Shown in pieces: positions 20,541 through 29,506 of a stretch of DNA of 64,000 nt. Every line of letters starts with the position of its first letter. Position 1 is the first letter of the stretch. This stretch comes from Dehalococcoidia bacterium. GTDB lineage: Bacteria; Chloroflexota; Dehalococcoidia; Plut-88900. The translations under genes were made by a program, and so were the position numbers. The notes under the pieces are model-generated. The model had not been told where the DNA came from. It did not search any database and saw only the letters and a program-made list of their open reading frames with translations. The stretch lies in contig OZ240215.1 in assembly GCA_965197585.1 (NCBI GenBank), positions 128,001 to 192,000 of the forward strand. The letters are read 5' to 3'.

Positions 20541-20957
20541 GTGGCCAAGAAAGAAGCCGTACATTCGAAAGTCGCACCGAACAGCAGCCATCATTTCAAC
20601 TGGGGGCTCATAGTTTCTGATTTTTCCGAGATGTTCGTGCTCACGGGAAGGGTGGACGGCGATGCCGAAGACAACTGTCTACATCCCGGAGACCCGGTAG
20701 GACAGACCAGGGGCATATTCGAACAAGCCAAGGCCCTACTGGAGCAAAAAGGATGGAGCCTATCGGATGTCATTAGGATCGACATCTGCGTTACCAAAGA
20801 CGCCGACTATGCAAAGAATGAAGCGGGCATCATGCAGGTCTGGGAAGAATTCTTCAAGGATGTAGACCCTCGGCCCGCGGCGGGCACCCTGAAAATTGTA
20901 GATGGGCTCTTCAGGCCCGAATTTCTCGTGGAGTTGGAGTTCCTGGCAGCCCGTTGA
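20541..20957 (+). CDS. Rid family protein (divergent)
   Basis: LSDVIRI and GLFRPEFLVELEFLA motifs. Confidence 0.75.
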   Translation: MAKKEAVHSKVAPNSSHHFNWGLIVSDFSEMFVLTGRVDGDAEDNCLHPGDPVGQTRGIFEQAKALLEQKGWSLSDVIRIDICVTKDADYAKNEAGIMQVWEEFFKDVDPRPAAGTLKIVDGLFRPEFLVELEFLAAR

Positions 20958-20984
20958 GGATGGTTCCGTAGTTGGAAAGAAGCT

Positions 20985-21770
20985 ATGAGACTGGAAGGCA
21001 AAGTTGCGATCATTACCGGCGCCACCTTTGGCATCGGACGGGCTACTGCCCAGTTATTCGCTCGCGAGGGTGCAAAGGTTGTGGCTGCCGGCCGCACCGC
21101 CGAAGCTGGAGAGTCTCTGATTGAAGAGATTCGATCAGAGGGAGGACAGGCCACCTTTGTCCGGACTGATGTCTCCGATTCTGGAGACGTCCAACGAATG
21201 ATCGGCACGGCTGTCGATTCCTACGGCAAGCTGGACGTGCTTTTCAACAATGCCGGTATCGTTACTTGGGGCAAATTGGTCGACGAACCGGAAGAGGAGT
21301 GGGACCGCTGCATAGACATCAACCTCAAGGGAGTTTTTCTGGGCATTAAATATGCGGTTCCCGTCATGATCAAGAACGGTGGCGGCTCCATCATCAACAA
21401 CTCGTCGATCTGGGGTGTGGCTGCCAGCCACCGGGGAGGGGTGGCGTACCACGCCTCCAAGGGTGGCGTGATAATGCTTACCAAAAAAGCCGCGTTGGAC
21501 TACGGTAGTGAGAGCATTCGGGTCAATAGCATAGTCCCCGGAGACATAGCCATGATTGGCGACGCCCCGGACGAATACTGGCGGCAGCCTGACGTCATCA
21601 GTGACCGGCTGCGCCGCCAACCTCTTCCCAGAATTGGCATGCCTATGGATGTCGCCCCGATGGTGGTTTTCCTAGCTTCGGACGAGGCAAGCTTCGTCAC
21701 GGGAGCTACATTCATGGTTGATGGCGGCAACACCATGACCGAGTACGGAGCGTTGAATGGTCCCGGATAG
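20985..21770 (+). CDS. SDR family oxidoreductase
   Basis: TGATFGIG, NNAG and YHASK motifs. Confidence 0.95.
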   Translation: MRLEGKVAIITGATFGIGRATAQLFAREGAKVVAAGRTAEAGESLIEEIRSEGGQATFVRTDVSDSGDVQRMIGTAVDSYGKLDVLFNNAGIVTWGKLVDEPEEEWDRCIDINLKGVFLGIKYAVPVMIKNGGGSIINNSSIWGVAASHRGGVAYHASKGGVIMLTKKAALDYGSESIRVNSIVPGDIAMIGDAPDEYWRQPDVISDRLRRQPLPRIGMPMDVAPMVVFLASDEASFVTGATFMVDGGNTMTEYGALNGPG

Positions 21771-21795
21771 CCTATGCTCCCGAATCACTGGTTGA

Positions 21796-23199
21796 TCACC
21801 TGTTGTTCAGGTCTACCGGAACTCTTTTGATGAACCTTCCATTGCCAGGCCTCCCCAGAAACTTGTCATCCGCGACTATTGTCTCTCCCCGAAGAAAAAC
21901 CGTTTTCACCGCGCCGGTAATTTCGAAGCCTTCATATGGGTTGTAGTCAACTTGCATGTGATGGGTATCACTGCTTATCAGTTTTTGCTTGGTTGGGTCG
22001 AAGATAACCAGGTCGGCGTCACTGCCGGCCTGTATGGTTCCCTTCCGCGGATAAAGACCAAACATCTTGGCGGGCGTCGTGGCCAGTACGTCGACCAGAC
22101 GGGTCAAGCTCATCCTGCCCTCGTTGAGCGCTCCGTGGTGCATCAACTCAAGTCTGTTTTCGATGCCTGGCGCCCCGAAAGGTATGCTGGAAAAGTTGTC
22201 TAGGCCCAGCCTCTTGCCCCGAGGATCATGGAAACAGAATGAAGAATGGTCTGTTGAAACAATTTGCAGGTCATCACTGGCAAGACCTTTCCAAAGCTCC
22301 CCTTCGTTCCCTGGGGGGCGAAGCGGTGGGGCCATAACGTATTTTGCGCCATCAAAGCCGGGCCGCTCGTACTCTCTCTCAGAGAGAAATAGGTACTGGG
22401 GGCAGGTCTCGGCATATACGGGCAGGCCGCGTGCTCGGGCCTCCCTGACCTCCTTTAGAGCGCCCGCCGCCGAGAGGTGGACGATGTAGATGGGCACTGC
22501 AGCTATCTCCGCAAGCAGAATTGCCCTGCGCGTAGCTTCTACTTCGGTGCTCATCGGTCTGGTAACGGCGTGATATTTCGGTTCGAAGTGACCGTCGGCC
22601 AGGGCCTGATTTACAAGGACATCAATTATGCCGCCGTTTTCCGCATGTATACAGACCAGTGCCCCGGTTTCCTTGGTCTGGAGCAGCATCTTGAGGATAG
22701 CCGCATCGTCCAGCATGAAGGTCCCGGGATATGCCATAAACAGCTTGAAGCTCGTCACGCCTTCGTTTGATACCAACCCGTTCACATCGCCGAGCTGGTT
22801 CTGTGAAAGCTCACTAACAATAAGATGGAATGCATAGTCTATGGCCGCTCGGGATTCCGCCTTCTCGTGCCATGCATCCAGTCCCTCTTGAAGTCTCTGT
22901 CCCCTTAGTTGTGTCGCAAAGTCAATAATGGTCGTAGTTCCGCCCCAGGCCGCAGCGATAGTCCCACTTTCGAAGTCGTCCGAGGTTCGAAGGCCATCGT
23001 AAGCATCGTCGAGGTGGGTGTGGACGTCGATACAGCCCGGAAGCACGAGACAGCTTTCGGCAGATACCACTTCCGCACCTTCAACGGACAGGCCGGGGCC
23101 GACGGCTGTGATTTTTTCGCCCGTGATCCCGACATCAGCCTTGAAGGTGTCGCTGGCAGACACTACAACTCCGTCCTTGACTATTCGTTCAAATTCCAA
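21796..23199 (-). CDS. hydA: dihydropyrimidinase / D-hydantoinase
   Basis: DVHTH, GGTTTIIDF, SFKLFMAY, HAENG, AETCPQY and STDH motifs. Confidence 0.93.
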   Translation of the reverse strand: MEFERIVKDGVVVSASDTFKADVGITGEKITAVGPGLSVEGAEVVSAESCLVLPGCIDVHTHLDDAYDGLRTSDDFESGTIAAAWGGTTTIIDFATQLRGQRLQEGLDAWHEKAESRAAIDYAFHLIVSELSQNQLGDVNGLVSNEGVTSFKLFMAYPGTFMLDDAAILKMLLQTKETGALVCIHAENGGIIDVLVNQALADGHFEPKYHAVTRPMSTEVEATRRAILLAEIAAVPIYIVHLSAAGALKEVREARARGLPVYAETCPQYLFLSEREYERPGFDGAKYVMAPPLRPPGNEGELWKGLASDDLQIVSTDHSSFCFHDPRGKRLGLDNFSSIPFGAPGIENRLELMHHGALNEGRMSLTRLVDVLATTPAKMFGLYPRKGTIQAGSDADLVIFDPTKQKLISSDTHHMQVDYNPYEGFEITGAVKTVFLRGETIVADDKFLGRPGNGRFIKRVPVDLNNR

Positions 23200-23219
23200 T
23201 GCCCACTCCTCTTTGTTTC

Positions 23220-23300
23220 CGCGGGTAAGAGCCTGGCTATCGCCTCGCCTATCCCCCCGGCTCCTCGGGTGACTATTGCCACCTTACCCTCCATTCTCAC
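23220..23300 (-). pseudogene. frameshifted N-terminal fragment of an SDR
   Basis: MRMEGKVAIVT-x-GAGG / IGEAIARL split across frames, then truncated. Confidence 0.6.
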
Positions 23301-23480
23301 GGTTCATAACCCCCTTTTCCATCGTCTGTCAGGCGAAATCCGAGCCCGTGCCGCCACTGTGACTCCGCCATATTTGACTCGTCCACTGCCCCGTCTGGTC
23401 TATCAGATTTCCTCAACCCCCTGTACGCCAGTCCTAAGAGAGGATCGGTAATGTCATATGGCACAGCGGCAGACGGTAAA

Positions 23481-23694
23481 CTAATTTCCGAAGCGGAAGA
23501 GTTTTGCGGCGGTTGAGTATACGAACTTAGTCTGCTCGTCTGCCGGAATATCTTTCAGGATCTCGCCCAGGACCTGCTGGGAACGGGGCCAGGTCGACTC
23601 TCTGTGGGGATAGTCGGAGCCCCACATGATGTTGTCGACGCCAATCAAGTCTCGGTGGGTCATTCCGATGAGGTCCTCGGTGAAGTTTACAAAC
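23481..23694 (-). pseudogene. C-terminal remnant of an amidohydrolase-2 protein, cut by IS30
   Basis: IGVDNIMWGSDYPHRESTWP...TAAKLF; ends at the IS30 terminal repeat. Confidence 0.8.
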
Positions 23695-24684
23695 TGTGGA
23701 TTCACATTTGAAGTGCAACACGCTTTCCAAAAAGATCTCTGGCGGAGTCCTGTAGCCCAGGCACTTGCGCGGGGTATTGTTGTAGGCCTGAATCATCTGC
23801 GTAAACCGCTCCTGGGGCAACGTCGCCAAGTCCGTCTTGCGGGGCAGAGTTCGCCGCAACCGGCCTATAGCGTTCTCCACCCCGCCCTTCTGCCAGGGGG
23901 AGTGGGTATCGCAGAAGAAGGTCTCGATGCCCAGTTCGTGGAGCCGGTAATGGAGTGCAAACTCGGTCCCGTTATCGAAGGTCACCGTCCGGTGCCATTC
24001 AGGCGGCATCTGACCGAGCACCTGCGACATGGCCCCTGCGATGGGCCTGGATGCCTTGCCAGGGGGCCTGAGCGCTATGAGGATGCGGGAATAGCGTTCG
24101 TGCATGGTCAGCACCGCATGTCCATAGGTACTGAACAGCATCAGATCCGCCTCCCAATGCCCGGGAGTGCGGCGGTCAGCAGCACTCTGCGGACGCTCGG
24201 CAATCGGGCGCCGCATAGCCATGAAGGAGGCAGGACTGACCCCTTTGCGCCCTCGCCAGCCCCGCTTCGACTTGGCTCGAGGAAGGTAGTGTCTCCACCC
24301 ATAGTTCTTCTTCCGAGCCATCTGGCCATATATGAATCGGTAGATGCTCTCATGGGAGATGACCCTCTTGCCTGACTCCATCGCCAGCCGACCCGCCACC
24401 TGCTCCGGAGACCAACCCTGCTTGAGCCGACAGAGCACCTGCTCCCGCAGACCCCTGTCCCGCTCCAACCGGGACCCGCTCCATCGCCGGGCATGCGCCT
24501 GTTGGTACGCATACCTGGGCTCGTATCCCTGGGTTCTTGAACCATTGCGCTTCAGATCCCGAGCAACTGTCGATGGCGAGCGATCCAGACTTGCCGCGAT
24601 TTGGCGGACTGAGTATCCCGCGGCTTGTAGTCGGGCCACTTCACATCGCTCTTCAATGGTGACATGTCCATAACTCTTTCCCAT
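23527..24684 (-). CDS. IS30-family transposase (reads through the IS end into flanking DNA)
   Basis: HTH, WSPEQV, GHWEAD, TFDNGTEF, PWQKGGVEN and NNTPRKCLGY motifs. Confidence 0.93.
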   Translation of the reverse strand: MGKSYGHVTIEERCEVARLQAAGYSVRQIAASLDRSPSTVARDLKRNGSRTQGYEPRYAYQQAHARRWSGSRLERDRGLREQVLCRLKQGWSPEQVAGRLAMESGKRVISHESIYRFIYGQMARKKNYGWRHYLPRAKSKRGWRGRKGVSPASFMAMRRPIAERPQSAADRRTPGHWEADLMLFSTYGHAVLTMHERYSRILIALRPPGKASRPIAGAMSQVLGQMPPEWHRTVTFDNGTEFALHYRLHELGIETFFCDTHSPWQKGGVENAIGRLRRTLPRKTDLATLPQERFTQMIQAYNNTPRKCLGYRTPPEIFLESVLHFKCESTVCKLHRGPHRNDPPRLDWRRQHHVGLRLSPQRVDLAPFPAGPGRDPERYSGRRAD

Positions 24685-24728
24685 GACAACACCTTAACCA
24701 AGTGTTGCACTTCGTTTGTGAGTTTAGA
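23695..24728 (-). mobile_element. IS30-family insertion sequence
   Basis: 27-bp imperfect TIRs TGTGGATTCACATTTGAAGTGCAACAC / GTGTTGCACTTCGTTTGTGAGTTTAGA; no target duplication seen. Confidence 0.88.
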
Positions 24729-25186
24729 CCATGGTCGACGGGTCCAGGTAGAGAGTCTTGACGCCAGATGTCGGATGGGTTTGCACCAGCGTGTGGGTTA
24801 GGTAGGCGTCTGTGCCAGAATTTCTTCGCAGGGTACGCACTCGTCTTCTCGAACAAACAAACGTGATCTCGTATACGCCCCCTATCCTCATGGTGTTGCC
24901 CGACCTGGCGAACGTGACTAGGCGCGTTCAAGCGGAGTTGCGGGAACACAAAACGAGGCTGGGTGTCCCAGAGGGAATGCTTGCGGCCTTATGCGTGAAC
25001 CCGGAGACTGAGGTCTATAAGTATCTGGCCGATCTCATCAATGATAGCGACGGACTGAAGCATACCTGCCTCACATGCCTGACATGCAGATTCAAGGGCC
25101 CATAAAGAGAGGCCAGAGGCCCGGCGACTAATTGGAAGACTAGTACTTTGGCGCTACAAATCAGAGTATATGAAGAGGTGATGACA

Positions 25187-25411
25187 ATGCATGACAGACT
25201 GCTGAGGCGTCGACAGGTTGAGGAAATCACGGGCATGGGCCGCTCGTCGATCTATCGGCTGATGAAGGACGGTGAATTTCCCCGGGCCGTAAGGATCGGC
25301 CCTTCCGCCGTCAGATGGAAGGCAAGCGATATCACGGCCTGGATGGAGTCCCGGCCGGTGGCCAGGAATGAATTTGACCCGCCGGGTGCGGGCTGGATAC
25401 GGCCTTCATAA
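25187..25411 (+). CDS. AlpA-family regulator / excisionase-like protein
   Basis: LLRRRQVEEITGMGRSSIYRLMKDGEFP...VRW; RBS GAGGTG. Confidence 0.9.
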   Translation: MHDRLLRRRQVEEITGMGRSSIYRLMKDGEFPRAVRIGPSAVRWKASDITAWMESRPVARNEFDPPGAGWIRPS

Positions 25412-25453
25412 GCGGAGCCGGTGCTCGGAATGGCTGTTCCGACTTCCTTGAGA

Positions 25454-26601
25454 TTAGCCGGTCAGGTAGTCCGCCCACTGCTTCATGAGTGTGCGCCGCC
25501 GCTCGAAGAGGTCGGACCTGGCGTAGGCCTGCTCAGTGGAATTGCTCAGGGTGTGGGCATGGGCCGTCTCTGAGACGGCCCACGGGGTGTCCGTTTGCTC
25601 CAGCGTCCAGTTCTTGAAGCTGCTGCGGAACCCGTGGACAGTGGCACGATCCGCCAGGCCGACCGAGCGGAGCACCTTCGTCAACGTCATGTCGGACATC
25701 GGCGTCCCCGGCTTCAGCGGGGACGGGAACACTAGACCGGTGTCTTCACGCAGTGTAGAGGCTTCACCAAGCAGGTCGAGTGCCTGTCCGCTGAGGGGGA
25801 TCCGATGCTCCATGCCTGCCTTCATCCGTTCAGACGGTATCCGCCAAACCTGGTCTTGGAGGTCGATCTCGTCCCAGATTGCGCCCCTGGCTTCACCGGA
25901 GCGCGCCGCCGTGAGAACCAGGAATCGGAAGCACAACTTGGCGGACATCGAAGCTTGGGACGCTGCAACCGTCTCGAGCGCTGCCCCGGCTTCCTGATAG
26001 GGCAGCGCTCTGAAGTGTGCCTTCACCTTCGGCATAGTGGGCAAAGCGCCGTCGACAGCTTCGCCCGCCGGATTGGACTCCATGAACCCGTATGATATTG
26101 CCCATTTGAAGACGGTCCTCATACGCTGACGGACCCGACGGGCCGTCTCCGGACGAGTTGTCCATATCGGGGTGAGGACTTGCAGCACATCCCCGCGGTC
26201 TATCCGGTCCAGGGGCGTGTTTCCCAGAACCGGCATTGCATGACGCTCCAGGGTCTGAATCCAGCCTGCAGCGTGCCTGGGATTGCGCCAGCGGGGCTTG
26301 TTGGCCTCATGGACGGCATAGGCGGCTTCCCTGAAGGTCGGCATCGCAGGCGCGTGCTTTTCGGCCACAGGATCCCTACCTTCCGCAATGGCGGCGCGGT
26401 AGTCCGCCGCCTTCTCGCGAGCAAGAGCCAGACTTACGGACGGGTATCCGCCCAGGCCGATATCTCGTCGGCGTCCGTCTACGGTAATGCGCAGGACCCA
26501 TGACTTGTGTCCCGCTTTGCAGATATAAAGATGCAAGCCTCCGCCATCGGAGTATCGCCCCGGCTCCTCAGGGCCTTCACCCGCGTCGTCGATAACGTCA
26601 C
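25454..26601 (-). CDS. P4-type tyrosine integrase with Arm-DNA-binding domain, probable N-terminal frameshift
   Basis: PGRYSDGGGL, IGLGGYP, TAARSGE, HGFRSSF and AYARS motifs. The native-looking start GTG 26601 (RBS GGGAG; MTLSTTRVKAL) is out of frame with the body. Confidence 0.88.
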
Positions 26602-26748
26602 AGATCTCCCTCTCTGTCCCGAGCTGTTCCCACATCTGAGATGGGAGACATCAGGAACCGGGAAGCGCGCCTAGATGCACGATGAGGGTTGATCAGCCAT
26701 GCAATAAGGGTGTCTTGGGACAATAAGGGCCAAGGAAATAAGGGATAG

Positions 26749-26767
26749 TGGCGGAGGGAGTGGGATT
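26749..26767 (-). repeat. att repeat: tRNA-Ser-like 3' end fragment, copy 2
   Basis: Identical to 13907-13925; no complete tRNA body adjacent. Confidence 0.8.
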
Positions 26768-27397
26768 AGGAGTTAGCTACGGAATACCTGCAATTTAGTG
26801 CCCATTCCCACAACGCTTACCACACTTATAGGTCGAAGGTAACGCTCCCTGAAGATCACCTCGCAATGTATGGTAACACGCCTTCTCCTATGACTATGAC
26901 CGGAGTGACTGAATCTGGCTTGCGGAACGCATTTAAGTGTCGGTCGCGTAGGGCCTTGATTAGAGGTTCGGGTCTGGTCAGGTACATCTAAGCGTATTGT
27001 ACTGCGAACTTTTCGGTGGGTCGTGTCAATCTAAGTAGCCGCCTCATAGGCCGCAAACGGTTATTGCCGGTAGACAGACCCATCTTCGAGATGTGGCTGG
27101 CCTGATGAAGCTACAAGAATCTGATGTAGATATTATGGTCAAGCCGCATAATGACGGCTATGCCTACTACGTACAGGGGAGAGCCCATTAACCAGGAGTG
27201 GCCTTGCATGAACTCTTCGGTGTAGTTCGCAGATCATCAAGACACTGAGTTGGGATGCTAAGCGGAGTGAGCCTATTATTAGGCTGTGCTCCGGAGTATT
27301 CCCGAAGGCTCACTTCCGTGCCGGCCATTTCATGGTGGGAGGTCAGGGTATCACTCACCACAAGGTAAATGAACTAATGGAACTGCAGGACTACCTA

Positions 27398-28201
27398 CTA
27401 ATGTTTGTAGTCCGGCAGTGGGTCTTCCTGACCAAAATTGCTGTAAACTGTCGATCCGCCATCTACCGGGAGCAAGGCCCCAGTCACAAAAGAGGATTCC
27501 TCACAGGCTAAGAACAGTGCAGCATTGGCTATGTCCGTCGGTACGCCCACCCTGCGGATGGGTTGTCTTCTCGACAAGTCTTGTTGCACTTCGGCGTAAG
27601 CGATGGTCTCATCAGGAGTTCCCGCCATTTCTGTAGCGATGACTCCTGGCAGAATACAATTAACTCTAATGTTAAACCTGGCATAGTCCACCGCGGTCTT
27701 TTTTGTAAGGCCGACTATTCCTGCTTTGGACGCTGTATAGGAGGCTCCGTCAAAGGTGGCTGCCAAAGTTGCCACACATGAAGAGATGTTAATAATTGAA
27801 CCGCCACCTACTTTTAACATCTCAGGGATAGCATACTTCGTGCACAGAAATAACCCCTTTAGGTTGACATCTATGACTTCGTCCCACATCTCTTCCGTTT
27901 CGTCTGCGAGCGGGCCTGAATAAAAGATAGCCGCATTGTTCACCAATATATCCAGCTTGCCATATTCTTGTATCGCGGCCCCGATGACATTTCTTACGTC
28001 AGCATTCTTGGATTGGTCCGTTTGGACATATATCGCACGTCCTCCCCGCTCAACAATGTCCTTTGCCGCCTCCTGGCCGGACGATTGGGTGCGTGCTGCT
28101 AACACTACTGCCGCTCCCTCCTCGGCGAAGCGAATGGCGATACCTCTACCAATACCCTTGCTGCTGCCCGTTACCAACGCCACCTTGTCCTTCAATCTCA
28201 T
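27398..28201 (-). CDS. SDR family oxidoreductase
   Basis: MRLKDKVALVTGSSKGIG, NNAA and YTASK motifs; start at ATG 28201 with RBS GAGG. Confidence 0.95.
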   Translation of the reverse strand: MRLKDKVALVTGSSKGIGRGIAIRFAEEGAAVVLAARTQSSGQEAAKDIVERGGRAIYVQTDQSKNADVRNVIGAAIQEYGKLDILVNNAAIFYSGPLADETEEMWDEVIDVNLKGLFLCTKYAIPEMLKVGGGSIINISSCVATLAATFDGASYTASKAGIVGLTKKTAVDYARFNIRVNCILPGVIATEMAGTPDETIAYAEVQQDLSRRQPIRRVGVPTDIANAALFLACEESSFVTGALLPVDGGSTVYSNFGQEDPLPDYKH

Positions 28202-28474
28202 ATACCCCTCCTCTAAGCGACAATTGTATACACGCGGACAAATTATACCAGAAGGCAACTGCTAATCATTGAGGACTAATATTATATGTAGAACAATAAC
28301 ATAAGCACATGTCGTTTATACACACCAGACCCACACGCTTCAAATCGGGAGACCGCAAATTTGCAAATCAGGATCTAAAGAGGTTCTACAATTGCCATGC
28401 CAAACTTTGTTAATGGTGCTAGATAATGTTCGCTAATATTACCTAGTAGGAGCGGAGGCTCTAGATTAGTTACA

Positions 28475-29401
28475 CTAGCGGCTGGATCTCGTGTTTCCCA
28501 GGCGAGGATCTAGCAGATCTCTTAGGCCATCTCCAAAAACCTGCACACCGAAGACAAAGAGGCTGATTGCAAAGCCGGGAAAGATTACCAGCCAAGGTGC
28601 CTGACGCATCTTGTTTAGGGAGTCACCAAGCATACCTCCCCAAGATGGAAATGGAGGGGGAACACCGAACCCGAGAAAGCTTAGGGCTGCCTCTAAGAGT
28701 ACGGCCCAGGCTACGCTTAGGGTAGCTAGGATGATAATGGTGGGCATAATGTTTGGAAGGATATAGAACATCATTATCCTGAAGTCGGAACATCCAACTG
28801 CCTTTGCCGCCTCTACGTATTGTAGCTCTTTAGTAGCCAAAACCGCCCCTCTTACAACCCGTGACAACCATATTGTGAAGAGTATCCCCAAGACCACAAT
28901 CACCTTAAACATTCCTCCTTCAGGACCCCTCCATACATCCTGGAAAATACCGACGACCATTAGCGCAAATAGCAAGAATGGAAAAGCCATCAAGCCATCT
29001 ACTAGGCGTTGTGCTGCAATATCAACCTTCCCGCCGATGTAACCGGACAGAGTGCCTACAATAACGGCCCCTCCAACCCCTATGGCCGTGGCACACAACC
29101 CCACGATCACGGATACCACTGCCCCTTTAACTATTCTGCTATATTGATCCCGGCCAAGGGCATCGGTACCAAACCAGAATTCCGCACTGGGAGCTTTGAG
29201 GCTGTTGCTGGCATCCTCAGGGAGTTCATTGATGCCTTCTCGAGCTATCACAGAGGAAGAGAGAGCTATAGCAAGCCACATTACTACAATAAGAAAACCC
29301 ACCCTGGCTAGAGGCTTCTCCTTGAACATGCGAACCAGAAGCCTCACCAAAGGGTGTTTAGTAATGGGGATTAAAGTCGTTCTAATACCGCTTTCCAGCA
29401 C
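28475..29401 (-). CDS. DppC/OppC-type ABC permease
   Basis: FGTDALGRD, YVEAAKAVG, SFLGFG and GDGLRDLLDP motifs. Confidence 0.93.
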   Translation of the reverse strand: MLESGIRTTLIPITKHPLVRLLVRMFKEKPLARVGFLIVVMWLAIALSSSVIAREGINELPEDASNSLKAPSAEFWFGTDALGRDQYSRIVKGAVVSVIVGLCATAIGVGGAVIVGTLSGYIGGKVDIAAQRLVDGLMAFPFLLFALMVVGIFQDVWRGPEGGMFKVIVVLGILFTIWLSRVVRGAVLATKELQYVEAAKAVGCSDFRIMMFYILPNIMPTIIILATLSVAWAVLLEAALSFLGFGVPPPFPSWGGMLGDSLNKMRQAPWLVIFPGFAISLFVFGVQVFGDGLRDLLDPRLGNTRSSR

Positions 29402-29506
29402 TGAATTCTCGGCCAGCTAACCTTGAATTCCAATGGTATAGCCTGCCCCCTTCGCGAAAATTCTGTCAGTAACCAATTGGCAAGAGGGGAAACGCATATT
29501 GATCCG

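Larger units (their letters stand above)
13907..26767. mobile_element. tRNA-targeted integrative island (P4-type integrase plus AlpA) with catabolic cargo
   Basis: 19-bp direct repeats at both ends; integrase adjacent to the right repeat. Confidence 0.8.

Noticed and set aside
24812-25105. 97-aa ORF upstream of AlpA
   Set aside because: No recognisable motifs; may be a remnant truncated by IS30 and is not supportable as a gene
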